From Octopus bimaculoides (lineage: Eukaryota): a DNA stretch of 64,000 nt. The stretch is from assembly GCF_001194135.2 (NCBI RefSeq), contig NC_068982.1, positions 27,589,640-27,653,639 on the forward strand, given 5' to 3'. This document shows, piece after piece, positions 1 through 11,340 of the stretch. The translations under genes were made by a program, and so were the position numbers. Below the pieces are notes generated by a model. The model searched no databases, had not been told where the DNA came from, and saw nothing but the letters and a program-made list of their open reading frames with translations. Position 1 is the stretch's first letter; the number at the start of each line of letters is the position of its first letter.

Positions 1-334
1 GGAATTCATTGCTGTACTCATTTCCAACCCTCACCTTACTGGCAGCATCTCTGTACATGGCTCGCACAGCTCTCACTAACCATTCTTCTATCCCAAGTTT
101 CCTCATTGACCACCAGATAAGGGATCGGGGGACCCTGTCAAAGGCTTTCTCCATGTCAACGAAAGCCAGGTACAGAGGTTTATCCTTAGCTAGGTATTTC
201 TCCTGCAACTGTCTCACTAGAAATAAGGCATCAGTAGTGCTTTTACCTGGCACGAACCCAAACTGCATCTCATCTAAATTGATTCGCTCCCTAATTAGTT
301 GGGCTATGACCCTCTCTGTAACTTTCATAACCTG
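1..334 (-). mobile_element. RTE-clade LINE reverse transcriptase fragment
   Basis: Open frame reads QVMKVTERVIAQLIRERINLDEMQFGFVPGKSTTDALFLVRQLQEKYLAKDKPLYLAFVDMEKAFDRVPR. Confidence 0.9.
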
Positions 335-446
335 CAGGGTTGATAAAATAAAGTACCAGTTGAATACTGGAGTCGATGTATTCGACTTAACTCCTCCTCA
401 AAATTGCTGGCCTTGTGTCAAAATATGAAACCAATATTAACTATCA

Positions 447-658
447 GGCAGTGAGCTGGCAGCATCATCAGCACGTTGAGTAGAATGTTTAGTGATGTTT
501 CGTCTGTCTTGCATTCTGAGTTCAAATGCTGCCTAGGGTGACTTTACCTTTCATCCTTTCAGGTCGATTAAATAAGTACCAGTTGAACCCTTGGATTGAT
601 GTAATCAACTTAGCCCCTCCTTCGAAATTGCAGGCCTTGAGCAAAAATTTGAAACGAA
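447..658 (+). mobile_element. Family A SINE (older subtype); partial copy at 335-437
   Basis: Same A/B boxes and core; further copies at ~13684-13890, 14545-14745, 18037-18255, 34725-34940, 36455-36655(-) and 44035-44240. Confidence 0.8.
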
Positions 659-831
659 TGTTAAATAATTAGGCTACTTATTATATGTTTAATAAGTTAA
701 AAAAACAACTGATCCATCTGTATAAATTCCCATGAATATATTCGTCCATACTAGTATATACAACAACAGAAAGAACTTTTAGATGCATACCCTGAATTAA
801 GTTAAAAAAGTATTTATAAATGCGAAATGAA

Positions 832-837
832 TTTATT
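832..837 (-). terminator. Candidate PAAF1 polyadenylation signal AATAAA
   Basis: tttatt on + at 832-837, about 60 nt downstream of the stop codon. Confidence 0.5.
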
Positions 838-898
838 ATAACATTTTTGATCAAAAATATTTAAAGACAATTGGAATACAGTTGCTGATGTAAGGTAA

Positions 899-1053
899 TT
901 AATTCGGATTGTATTTCCTTATAAAGCCATCTCGACTTGCAGTAAAAATAAAGGTTTTATCACAAGCCATCCGGTACACAGGGTCACAGTCTGGGCCAGA
1001 GAGATTAAGTGTTGAGTTAAATTGCTTATTTACGTAGCAACAGGTTCCATCAC
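899..1053 (-). CDS. PAAF1: PAAF1 terminal coding exon 11 (DGTCCYV...GPDCDPVYRMACDKTFIFTASRDGFIRKYNPN*)
   Basis: cactag acceptor; TAA at 901-899; matches GADCDPVYK...YTCCRDGLVRRY; spliced CDS totals 1209 nt. Confidence 0.96.
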
Positions 1054-1594
1054 CTAGTGAAAAGGAAAAGAAAATTTGTTTTCCTTTTAATCGATCGATA
1101 ATACAAATGATAAAAGCAAACTACAAATATTTGTACATTATTATAAACAAAGAAAATAGTTCAAATCGTGCACACTATCATACATTATAAAACTGGCAAT
1201 TGGCTGCACCGGTATATTTCAAAGTTATTTGTCCATCAGATATGAAAGACATACTGAGGCATATTGTAAAAGAGAGAAACTTCATAGGAGTAACATGTAA
1301 CTAACAAGGTGACAGAAGTTGCTAACGAAAGACTGAGGAGGAAGAACTCCTTTTTCATTACTGTTTTTAACTAAGTCAACATACAAGGTGAGAGCATGAA
1401 AAACATGCTGCCAGATTTTGTTATGATTGCATGTCTGGGTATATCTATTTTCATCTTTTTATTGTATATCATTGTAATATCCTTTTAATGCAATTTATAC
1501 ACTAATGATTGATAAACTTGGGGAGGAGAATGCTGTAGGGTACCTAACTCTAGTTTAGAGAGTGAGATTGTCATTAATAATTTATGCCACTTAC

Positions 1595-1677
1595 GTGAGC
1601 TAACCAAAAATCCTTCTTTGTATGGGAGAATTGAAGTAATTGCTGAATTGGTAACTTTCAGTTCTTTGAAGGAAACA
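1595..1677 (-). CDS. PAAF1: PAAF1 coding exon 10 (VSFKELKVTNSAITSILPYKEGFLVSS)
   Basis: tttcag/gtaagt; 83 nt, phases match both neighbours; similar to SGAPVLSLLSVRDGFIASQ. Confidence 0.92.
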
Positions 1678-2740
1678 CTGAAACAATAAAAGTTCAGACT
1701 GAAAACAGACATACAAGATGTACCTTAAATAAAACAAAATTTTATAACAATAATTCCAAAAAGAATCATAAAGAAACTAAGAGACATTTACGATTGAACT
1801 AAGGAAGACTCAATTATCTCCCCTTCTGGCAAGCTCTAACAATACAAGGCAGAGGTGGGGAACATACATGGTTGCTTGAACTGCTAGAAATCTTTAAATC
1901 CAAATCCAGCCCAACCAACATTAATAAAGACTACACTGAATAATGTAATACTACATACTGGGATGATCATAGCAAGAATGCTTTATCATAGGTCTACTCA
2001 ACTAGGGGTGACTTTTGGGGCCGAACAACAATTGCAAGTAATTGAAAGAGGAGCCTTTATGTAGTCGCTTGATTTGGTAGAAAAAGCAGCCAAATTCCAT
2101 TCAAACGGCATGCCCACATCCTTAAAAAGGAAAAATGCAGTTTGGGTAATAGTCCTGATGTATTGTCTGAAAATAAGGTAGGATGGCCAGAGATGGAATG
2201 ACTGATCTGTGGCTAAACATTATTACCATAGCACATCCAAGACACCATGGAAGTCTATCTTTGGAATTTGAGAGTGTACATTGAATTGGATTTCAACTAC
2301 TGTCTCTAAACACATAAAGCTATATGAGTTCTGCCTTGCTAAGTTTGGTCTGTGAAGAGTTAAGCATGTTTACCATAGTCACACCACAACACTGATGACA
2401 TAAGATGAACTGCTGATTCTTTGGTTACTCCAGTACTCCATCAATTCAACCAGCTGTAGCCTGTCTTAACAATTATACAGCAGGTTGTTTGATCTGCTTT
2501 GTTCTTGGCTTTTGTCAACATGATCTATATCCTAGATTCTTCCATACAGATTTTATCTGAGGCAGGCAAGAGAGCTACGAGGTTAAAAATGTTATATGTA
2601 TTATCAAAAAGCCATGAATTAAATTCTGCTACAAAGCCATCTTTGATTCCTTAAGCTGCCTATCAATTATTGTCATCCATCTTGTTTTTTGGATCAGAAG
2701 CTTCTGACCAGATCACATCAATACAACATATACCAATGAT

Positions 2741-2794
<54 letters not shown>

Positions 2795-3713
2795 GCCAGC
2801 TCTTGCTTCACCCAAATGCTCAGTAATATCTCCTGCCACATTTTTCTGTGCATTAAGAGCTTATATGGCATTACTTCTAACAACATATCCAGTTATGAAG
2901 ATGATACCTTTTCACTTTTTTTTTTAACTCTTTGTGTAGTGGTTTCATCTACATTCAACCAAAACATCTCATGCAAGACCTGCACAACTCTGTGAACAGA
3001 GTCTTTAAAAACATCCTTCAATGGGGGTATATGAAAACTTAGTTTCTTTTGACATCAATAAGACTCATCACTACACATTTCCAGGAAAAAGTCTTGCATT
3101 TCTTCTTCTCTACACATGAACAACACAACTAGACCTGCAAACATGCAACAAATACTAGGCCTCACAATCTTGGATGATCTTTCAAAGTGACTTTATATAT
3201 ATAATACTGCATTACAGAGATTAGGATCCCTCGTAAGAACAGAAAATAATTTAGCCTTGATCAATTGCATACTCTTTACAAAACTCAATAAGATCCATGC
3301 TGGAGTACTCATCACATATAAAAGATGGTTATTCAACTTGGCAAAGATTCACTTACCAATATGCAAGAATCCTTGCTCACAGACATGCTGTTTTCTCTAT
3401 CATGCTTGTTTTCTCTGTCACTTTTACTGAAGCTATAACTGTATTCTGCTCCTCTGATTTAGCTAACTGGATACTCCCTCTCAGTAGGCTCACTCAACAT
3501 ATGAGTTTCTTCTACTATTACCTTTATTGCATCTCTTCTCTCAGATTCTGCATCGAATACTTTATTCAAGCCTTCTAACCTAGACCAACTTTTATGATTT
3601 TTTTCATCACCTTTATTTTACCTTAATATATTGATTGACAAATGTTCATACTTAACAACAACCACATTGATCTGATTAGTCTAGGAGGACCTACAAAAAT
3701 TATAAGTACTAGC

Positions 3714-4151
3714 TCTCTTTACTCTTTAACTTGTTTCAGTCATTTGAATGTGGCCATGCTGGAGCACCGCCTTTAGTCGAGCAAATCGACCCCCAGGACT
3801 CATTCTTTGTAAGCCTAGTACTTATTGTATCGGTCTCTTTTGCCGAACCACTATGTGACGGGGACATAAACACACCAGCATCGGTTGTCAAGTAATGCAA
3901 GGGGGACAAACACAGACACACAAACATACACACACATCACATANNNNNNNNNNNNNNNNNNNNNATATATATATATATATATATATACAATGGGCTTCTT
4001 TCAGTTTCTGTCTACCAAATCCACTCACAAGGCTTTGGTCAGCCCAAGGCTATAGTAGAAGACACTTGCCCAAGATGCCCAGCAGTGGGACTGAACCCGC
4101 AACCATGTGGTTGGTAAGCAAGCTACTTACCACACAGCCACTCCTGCGCCT
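3714..4151 (-). mobile_element. Family B SINE; N-gap 3944-3964 inside its microsatellite
   Basis: Reverse complement of 49544-49950. Confidence 0.85.
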
Positions 4152-5040
4152 CTTTGATTAAATTATCTTTAAAAAAAGACAAACTTCTGTAACAATCTTT
4201 GTAAATTTACCCCAAAACAAGTACAAGTCCAATTTCATGGCTCAGTTTAGCAATTAGCATTGTTAGAGGGAACTCTGTTATAAAACATATTCCAACACTT
4301 CATAAAATATTAAAATCTGTAGAACACCCACTTCTGATGTTAGCTTAAGAGAAAATGAAATGAATACTACATCTTCTGGTATACAATTTGAATTTTTCAG
4401 ACCAAAATTTACAATCCAAAATGGCAGGTTGACTCATACACCAAGACAACATAGGAAAATCAAAAATTCCATATGAAATGCAGCAGGATTTGGAAAGACA
4501 GTGACAATGTTTGAATGTTTACATTATATGTTTATACATGTTTACTATGTTGACTTGTATTCTGGAAAATACGGTTGTAAATGTTTCTATGAACTCAAAG
4601 TAAGTGCTTTGCCTGAAATCTTGTAGCATAAAATGAATGAAGATGAATGAAAAATGAATTTCTCTCTCAATAGTTATGCCAGACAGCCGAGATAATCCTA
4701 CACAAAACTTTAAATGAAGATACAGAGAAACTTAAAGAATACATAGAGAGAGAGTTTCAACTGTTACTGAAGCTACACAATATCACGACTGTGTATGTTT
4801 TTAAAATTTTATCTTGAATCTCAGGAGTACATGTTCCACAAAATGAATGAGATGATGATAGTTAGGATACTAATTGATATACCAATAATTTTGTATATCA
4901 ACACATATAAGGCTCTGGATCCATAGGTTTCTCATTAACAATTAATTACTAACTTCGATGTCATGGGTCAGCTAAAGAAAAATTGACCAGGGATGTTCAA
5001 GAACAAAAGAACTCGACAAAAGTAATTTTAAAGTACTAAC

Positions 5041-5156
5041 TTGTAGTTTCGAAGATCAATAATGTCAAGCATGCCATTTTGTGCTCCACAGACAACCATT
5101 GTTCCTGACAGGAATGCACAGCAGTTGACAGCATCAGAACATTTATAGTGAAAAAT
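5041..5156 (-). CDS. PAAF1: PAAF1 coding exon 9 (IFHYKCSDAVNCCAFLSGTMVVCGAQNGMLDIIDLRNY)
   Basis: aaacag/gttagt; 116 nt; matches SDAFNCCTFLSGFLLLAGTQDGNIYQLDVR. Confidence 0.95.
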
Positions 5157-6407
5157 CTGTTTGAAAAGATAAAAAAACAAACCAATTCAGGGATATGAAG
5201 ATGAAGTGAAAGAAGGAACAACAAAGTATATATATGTGTTTAATAAAGACCTAATAAGGGCTCTTTGTTAAGGCTGGTACTTATTCTATCAGTCTGTTTT
5301 GCTAAACTGCTAAGTTATGGGGGTGTAAACACACCAACAGCAGTTATCAAACCATAATGGAGGACAAAAACACACACACACACGATAGGCTTCTACCAAA
5401 TCCACTCCCAAGGCTTTGGGCAGCCAGAGGCTATAGTAGAAGACACTTGCCCAAGGTGCCATGCAGTGGGACTGAATATAGAACCATGTGGTTGGGAAGC
5501 ATGCTTCATACCAAGCAGCCATGCCTGTGATTATAATAGAAATAGCATTTTTAAGTAAATGTATTGTTCTTTGGTTAAAAAAGTGAGGTAATATTTTACA
5601 GGCAATACCCATTTGAAGCCATTTCTTATCATTTAAACAGTTAATGCCTTTGGACAACTTTTCCTTTCCTTACATTTCCTTTAACCCAATGATTCCATAC
5701 CTCATAGTCCATTGCTCATTCCCTGTCCTTTTCCTCACACCTTCTGTTTATACATGCCCCTTTAATGTAGGATAGTCCCAGAATCTCACCCCCTTATCAC
5801 CTTTCCACTTTATCCCCCTTGCCCTTATTTAATAATCTCTGGCACTAATCCTTTCTCTTTCTTCTTTTCTCACCCATCCCACTAAGAGACTACTGCTCTG
5901 TTACCCTCTCCATTATCACCTGCTGCAACTATTTATTACTCTCATCCTACCTAGAATTATAGCTCACTCTCTTTTTTATTCTCTTACATTTATAGGGGCC
6001 AATTTAGGCCCTTAGACTTGCAAACCACAAGGTAATCTTCACTAGTGCTGGTGCCATAAAAACAAAGCATCCAACACCCACTGTTACGTGGTTGGTGTTA
6101 GAAAGGGAATCCAGCTGTAGAAACCATGCTGAAGTAGACGTTGGTGTATGTGGCATTAAACAATGATTACTCTGTTGATATCTGTTGACTATACCAATTC
6201 ATATTAGAAGGAAAAAAAAATTTTGTGATACGCATGCCTCTCCCACAACATGACACTGAACTTATTTCTAATTCTACTGAGCTGTCTTAGAGACAAAATT
6301 TGGCAAAAGAATTTTTCAATGAGCAAAAATATTAGCACTAAAAAACAAAAAAAAAAAAAACCTTGAAAACTGTAGAATAATTTCAATGATATAACTGTCC
6401 AACATAC

Positions 6408-6499
6408 CTTTTTACGAGTCTGTAGTCCATAAGAAAGCAAACTGTTGCTTTCACAGGCCATCAGCAACATTTTACCTTCAGTTAGTACTTCTTTCTCAC
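6408..6499 (-). CDS. PAAF1: PAAF1 coding exon 8 (EKEVLTEGKMLLMACESNSLLSYGLQTRKK)
   Basis: atacag/gtatgt; 92 nt; matches EREVGTEAKMLLLAREDKKLQCLGLQSRQ. Confidence 0.95.
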
Positions 6500-7809
6500 C
6501 TGTATTAATAAACAACAATATTTTAGATGGAACAGAATAGATATCCAACAACAGTTTATCATCCATCGTTAGCATCCCATTTTGCCAAACAATAAATGTA
6601 CTGAAAAATTGCTTCTTTTTGTAAATGTCTTTTCACATTTTACACCAAAGGATATTTATGTAATTCTGAATACTTTATTAGTTATATTAACTTCTCTGAA
6701 GTTATATCCCTATTTATCTTACATAATCTATATTACTGTGTTGCTCTATTAGTTAAGCTTGAAGTGTGAATACTATAGACTTAAACATTTGCATTTTAAA
6801 TAACATCACAATAAGATAGATCAGATCTGAAAAATTCTCAAACAAAAATAAAAAGTTTGTTTTCTGACAAAAGGTTTCTAATGTACAGAATCCTACTTGT
6901 TTTGGTCAACTACAGTGTAGAGGTGAAAAGAAAGAAGTGACATTATAAACTGGTTATGAGCAAAATGAAGGAATAAACTGAGGCTTAATCCTATTCTGGC
7001 TATATCCAGCCCAAATATTCCACTCGTTTTATGTTCAAACTGGCCAGATCTGGCCTCTCACAATTGCTCTACAATGTCACTCTATAAATAAACAATCACA
7101 TCATCAAAATCTCGAAGCTGTGAGATAATACATACTTAATTCAAAACTATGTGAATAATTAAGCATTTGATATGACAAAGTAATCAGAAAACTTAAAGGT
7201 TTAATGGCAATATGCAGAAGAGAGATAGATTTTTTCCTTTGATTGGTGACAATGTATCTCAGGTAAAATCTTCAGTTGGTATGGAACTTTTTTTGAATGC
7301 TAGATGAACAGAGGCGTGAAGAATTTTAAAATATTTACCAACAAAACAACTGCAGTTCAATACAATATCTACTCAGTCATTTCACTTCAGCTGAAATAGA
7401 ATAGCTTCTGCATGGAACTTAGCTTTACTTCATGAAATTTACGAAAAATTTATATAGACAGAAAATATTGATTTCTGAATTTGGCAAACAGCCATAAGTA
7501 TCTTAGGGACTAGGATAAAAGAATTAACCCACAGCAGTATGCTACATATATTCATTTTCTTGACTCCTCAAAAAAAAAAAAACAAAAAAAAAACGAAAGA
7601 TAAAGTCATCTGAAAAGTCATTTAATTTCAAAATGTAAAGGGATATAGCTTTAAATATCTAACTCAAACCATTTAGGCCACCATTCTGCTATTTCCAAGG
7701 GCATCAGATTTTTGACACTGTCTATTTGGCATTGATGATTTGGTACTGACTTATTTGACCTCAAACAATTTAATGTTTTTCTTGTTCTCTCCCCACCTCT
7801 CTCTTTGCT

Positions 7810-8028
7810 TATAATTGTTATTACTTGAAACCATATAACATAGAGGCAAGAACACTACAAATACCAAACTAATTTGCCTAATTTAGTTTTGTCCTTCAAG
7901 GTTTCTGAGTTAAAATTTGGCTACAGTCAAATTTACAACAAAGTTGTTAAAATAAATATCAGTGACATGCAGTCCCCCATTTCAGTCAACTATATGTCTA
8001 CAACACTAGCTTTATGCCGTCAAAAGAA
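7810..8028 (+). repeat. About 220-bp block duplicated at ~13432-13660
   Basis: Collinear direct copies (ATAATTGT.ATTACTTGAAA...CAAGAACACTACAA...AAAAGAAATTATTATT), roughly 80% identical by eye. Confidence 0.8.
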
Positions 8029-8063
<35 letters not shown>

Positions 8064-8074
8064 CATTATTATTA

Positions 8075-9275
8075 CCAGGTTAAGGAAAAAGTTCATGCAC
8101 CGTGAACATGACATGAGCTGAATGAATACACCACAAAAATATATTAAAAAAAAGCATTATTTTAACATGGCACACAAACTTTTTCCTCAACCTAATATTT
8201 TGGTTTGGCTCAGGTTCAGTCTTATTCCTGATCGGATTTATGTGCACAGTAGGTTACTACCTGTAACCTTAGGTATCCACAAGTTTTCAGCGGTCTTTCA
8301 AGTTCTTAGAACCCTCCTGATAATCCTTGCTGTTCCTAAAAGACAAACTTTCTGTAGGAGCTCTACTGGGCATTCTATTTCAATCTCCTTCAGCCATTTG
8401 TTAATATCTTTGCTTACTGTTCCCAACTCACCAATTATTATAGGCATGACCTTTACTGTTCACATGCTCCAAAGTTTTCCTATTTCAAATTCTAAGGGAT
8501 TGTATTTTTCTTGTTTTTCTGCCTCTTTCTTTACAACCCTGGAATCAAATGTGCATGATGGGTTGATAAGTAAGCAACTTTGCTTTCCCTTATCTATAAT
8601 TATTATGTCTGGTCAATTATTTTCTAACTTCTTGTCCGTTTGAATAGGAAGGTCCCACAAAGTCTTGTACTCTTTCAACTCGATGATTGTATCATGTGTT
8701 TCCTGCTTCAAATCCCCGTTTCTGGTATAGTTTCCAGTGTAATACTTTTACAACGTGGTCATGTCTCCATTTCGTATATTCCTTCCTGTGCCAACTTGGG
8801 GCATTCTGTCACAATGTGTGCCACTGTCTTGTTCCACGTTCCAGAGGCTGTACATTTTTCTGATACATTCTTTCCATATATATTTTTCTCAAGTTGTTTG
8901 TTTTTACCACTTGATCTTGGGCTGTACAATTACGCTCACTGTTTCTTTTTTTTAATTGCCCCTTTTTTAACCAAGCCCAGGATTCTGTTCCACATATGTC
9001 TTCAGTGGCTCTGCAAAATTGGCCATGCAGAGGTTTCTCTTCGATCTGTCTGATATGCTCTCTTTGTATTTCATTCTTATCCTTTTCTCCTTTAACATGC
9101 TTCATCACTTGTTCTTTATTGTCTTTAGTAGTTTTTCTGTGCTGCTCTGTAAATACTCTACTAGACATTACTTTCCATCTGTACACATTCTTCTACTGTT
9201 ATTAAGCCTCTTCTACCCAGGTCTCTCTTCAAGTACAGCCAGATGATATCAGCTTTCAGACGGTGGGCTCCATAC
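8075..9275 (-). mobile_element. R4/Dong-like non-LTR retrotransposon 3' fragment (restriction-like endonuclease type)
   Basis: LYLKRDLGRRGL, KPLHGQF, HIVTECPKLAQKEYTKWRHDH (zinc knuckle plus RHD) and RPDIIIID motifs; disrupted; TAA repeats on both sides. Confidence 0.8.
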
Positions 9276-9537
9276 ATTATTATTATTATCATTATTTATG
9301 AGGAGAGGGGAAGTATTTGTCAATCGTATTCACTCAATAAATTCTAGCCTCTCTCTCTTACTATCTGTATGTGTGTGTGTGTGTATGTGTGTTTGTCTCC
9401 AGTGCCAAAAAGTACTATAACCAAAACAGGTTCTGTTTTGTGTGTCCACCAAAATCATCAGCATCCCAAACAGCTGAACCCAAACATTGCTTTCCTATAT
9501 AGAAAACAGTATCTTACATATTATAAAAGATACTTAC

Positions 9538-9732
9538 CAGGAGGTTGGTTACATTGCCCTAGCTGTATGGGATTGTCGGTCACACCAATGGCACAACTGT
9601 TAACAGAACCAGCCATCCCTTGAAATGTACCAAGACAAACTTGTTGGCTGCAATCCCAGAGTTTGGCTGTGCCATCACTGCTACAGGATACAATATTTCG
9701 GCCTCGTTCTACAATTGCTGTATCCAACACAC
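9538..9732 (-). CDS. PAAF1: PAAF1 coding exon 7 (VLDTAIVERGRNIVSCSSDGTAKLWDC...NQPP)
   Basis: atttag/gtaagt; 195 nt; matches ILDTAIVDRGRNVVSASRDGTARLWDC. Confidence 0.97.
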
Positions 9733-9829
9733 CTAAATATAGATGATAAATAACAATTAAAGAGATATTTCACACCAAAAATTGCATATTGATATTTCAT
9801 ATACATAGTATCAGTCCTCAGCCCCTCTT

Positions 9830-11325
9830 GTTCATTATATTCCTCCAGGCAAGAACAGGGGAATTCAAGACAGGCTGCCCAGAGCTCCTCTATGCTGATG
9901 ACCTTGCTCTAATAGCCGAGTCACTACCAGAACTAGAGACGAAGTTTCAGGTGTGGAAGCAAGGATTAGAATTGAAGGGCCTTAGGGTGAACCTAGCAAA
10001 AACTAAAGTCTTAGTAAGTAGGAAGGCTGTCAAATCCCAAACCCCTTCATGTAGATGGCCCTGCTCGATCTGTAGAAAAGGCATGGGTAGAAACTCCATA
10101 GGATGTACCCAGTGTAAGCTATGGACACATAAAAGGTGCAGCAATATCAAAGGAAGGTTAACCAGGAAAACAGATCTTGTGTGTGGCAGATGCACAGGGG
10201 CAATAAACACTGAAGATGTACAGAAAACAGATTCCATCATATGCCAGGGGAAGAAACTAGAAGTAGTTAATAGCTTCTGCTACCTAGGCGACCAAGTCTG
10301 TAGTAGGGGTGGTTGCTCTGAGACTGTAGCAGCTAGAATAAGAATAGCTTAGGCAAAGTTCAGGGAGTGCCTGCTTCTGCTGGCAACTAAGGGCCTCTCG
10401 CTCAGGGTGAAAGGTAAACTGTATGATGCATGTGTGTGAACAGCCATGCTACACAACAGTGAAACAAGCCATGACTGATGAGGACATGCATAGGCTTGAA
10501 AGAAATGAAGCTAGTATGATTCACTGGATGTGTAATGTCAGTGTGCACATACAACAGAGTGTAAGTGCCCTGAGAGAAATGCTAGGCAAAAGAGGCATCA
10601 GATGTGGTGTGCAAGAGAGACAACTGCGCTGGTATGGCCATGTGCTACATATGGATGAGGACAGTTGTGTGAGGAAGTGCCACTCCCTAACTGTGGAAGG
10701 AACCTGTGGAAGAAGTAGACTCAGGAAGACATGGGATGAAGTGGTGAAGATGACCTTCGAACATTGAGCCTCACAGAAGCAATGATAGGAAACTGAGACC
10801 TTTGGAGATATGCTGTGATTGAGAAGACCCGACAACTAAAGTGAGATCACAGCCATGCATGTCTGGCCCAGTTAAAAGTATCCCTGATGTGTTGGGCGAT
10901 ATGATGTGCTTGAGAAGACCTGTTGAGTCAAGTAAAACCAATATCATAGCTGTGGCCAGTGATCCCTGACTGGCTCCCATGCTAGTGGCATGTAAAAAGC
11001 ACCATCCAAATGTGGTTGATGCCAGGTCTGCCTGACTAGCCCCTGTGCCGGTGGCACATAAAAAGCAACATCCAAACATGGCTGATGCTAGTACCCGCTA
11101 ACTGGCTCCCATACCAGTGGCACATAAAAAGCACGATCTGAACGTGGCCAATGCCAGTACCCACTGACTGGCGTCTATGCCGGTGGCACGTAAAAAGCAC
11201 TATCCGAACGTGATTGATGCCAGGCCCGCCTGACTGGATCCTGTACCAGTGGCATGTAAAAAGCACCCACTACACTCTCGGAGTGGTTGGCATTAGGAAG
11301 GTAAACAATGATGATGATGATGATA
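9830..11325 (+). mobile_element. 5'-truncated RTE-clade LINE (RT C-half with PHD-like insert, 3'UTR with 66-bp tandem array, (GAT)n tail)
   Basis: LLYADDLALIAES, GLRVNLAKTKV, FCYLGD and LRWYGHV motifs with stops and frameshifts; ends in gatgatgat. Confidence 0.9.
10956..11266 (+). repeat. 66-bp tandem array, about 4.7 units
   Basis: Unit starts at 10956, 11022, 11088, 11154 and 11220; conserved core GTGGCA(C/T)(A/G)TAAAAAGCA. Confidence 0.9.
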
Positions 11326-11340
11326 TATATATATATATAT

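Noticed and set aside
1150-1290. Minus-strand frame ...LKYTGAANCQFYN resembling the PAAF1 C-terminus
   Set aside because: No phase-compatible acceptor; the exon at 899-1053 matches far better.
10956-11266. CRISPR-like look of the conserved core with variable intervals
   Set aside because: The intervals are homologous to each other, the array lies in a LINE 3'UTR in eukaryotic DNA, and there are no cas genes.
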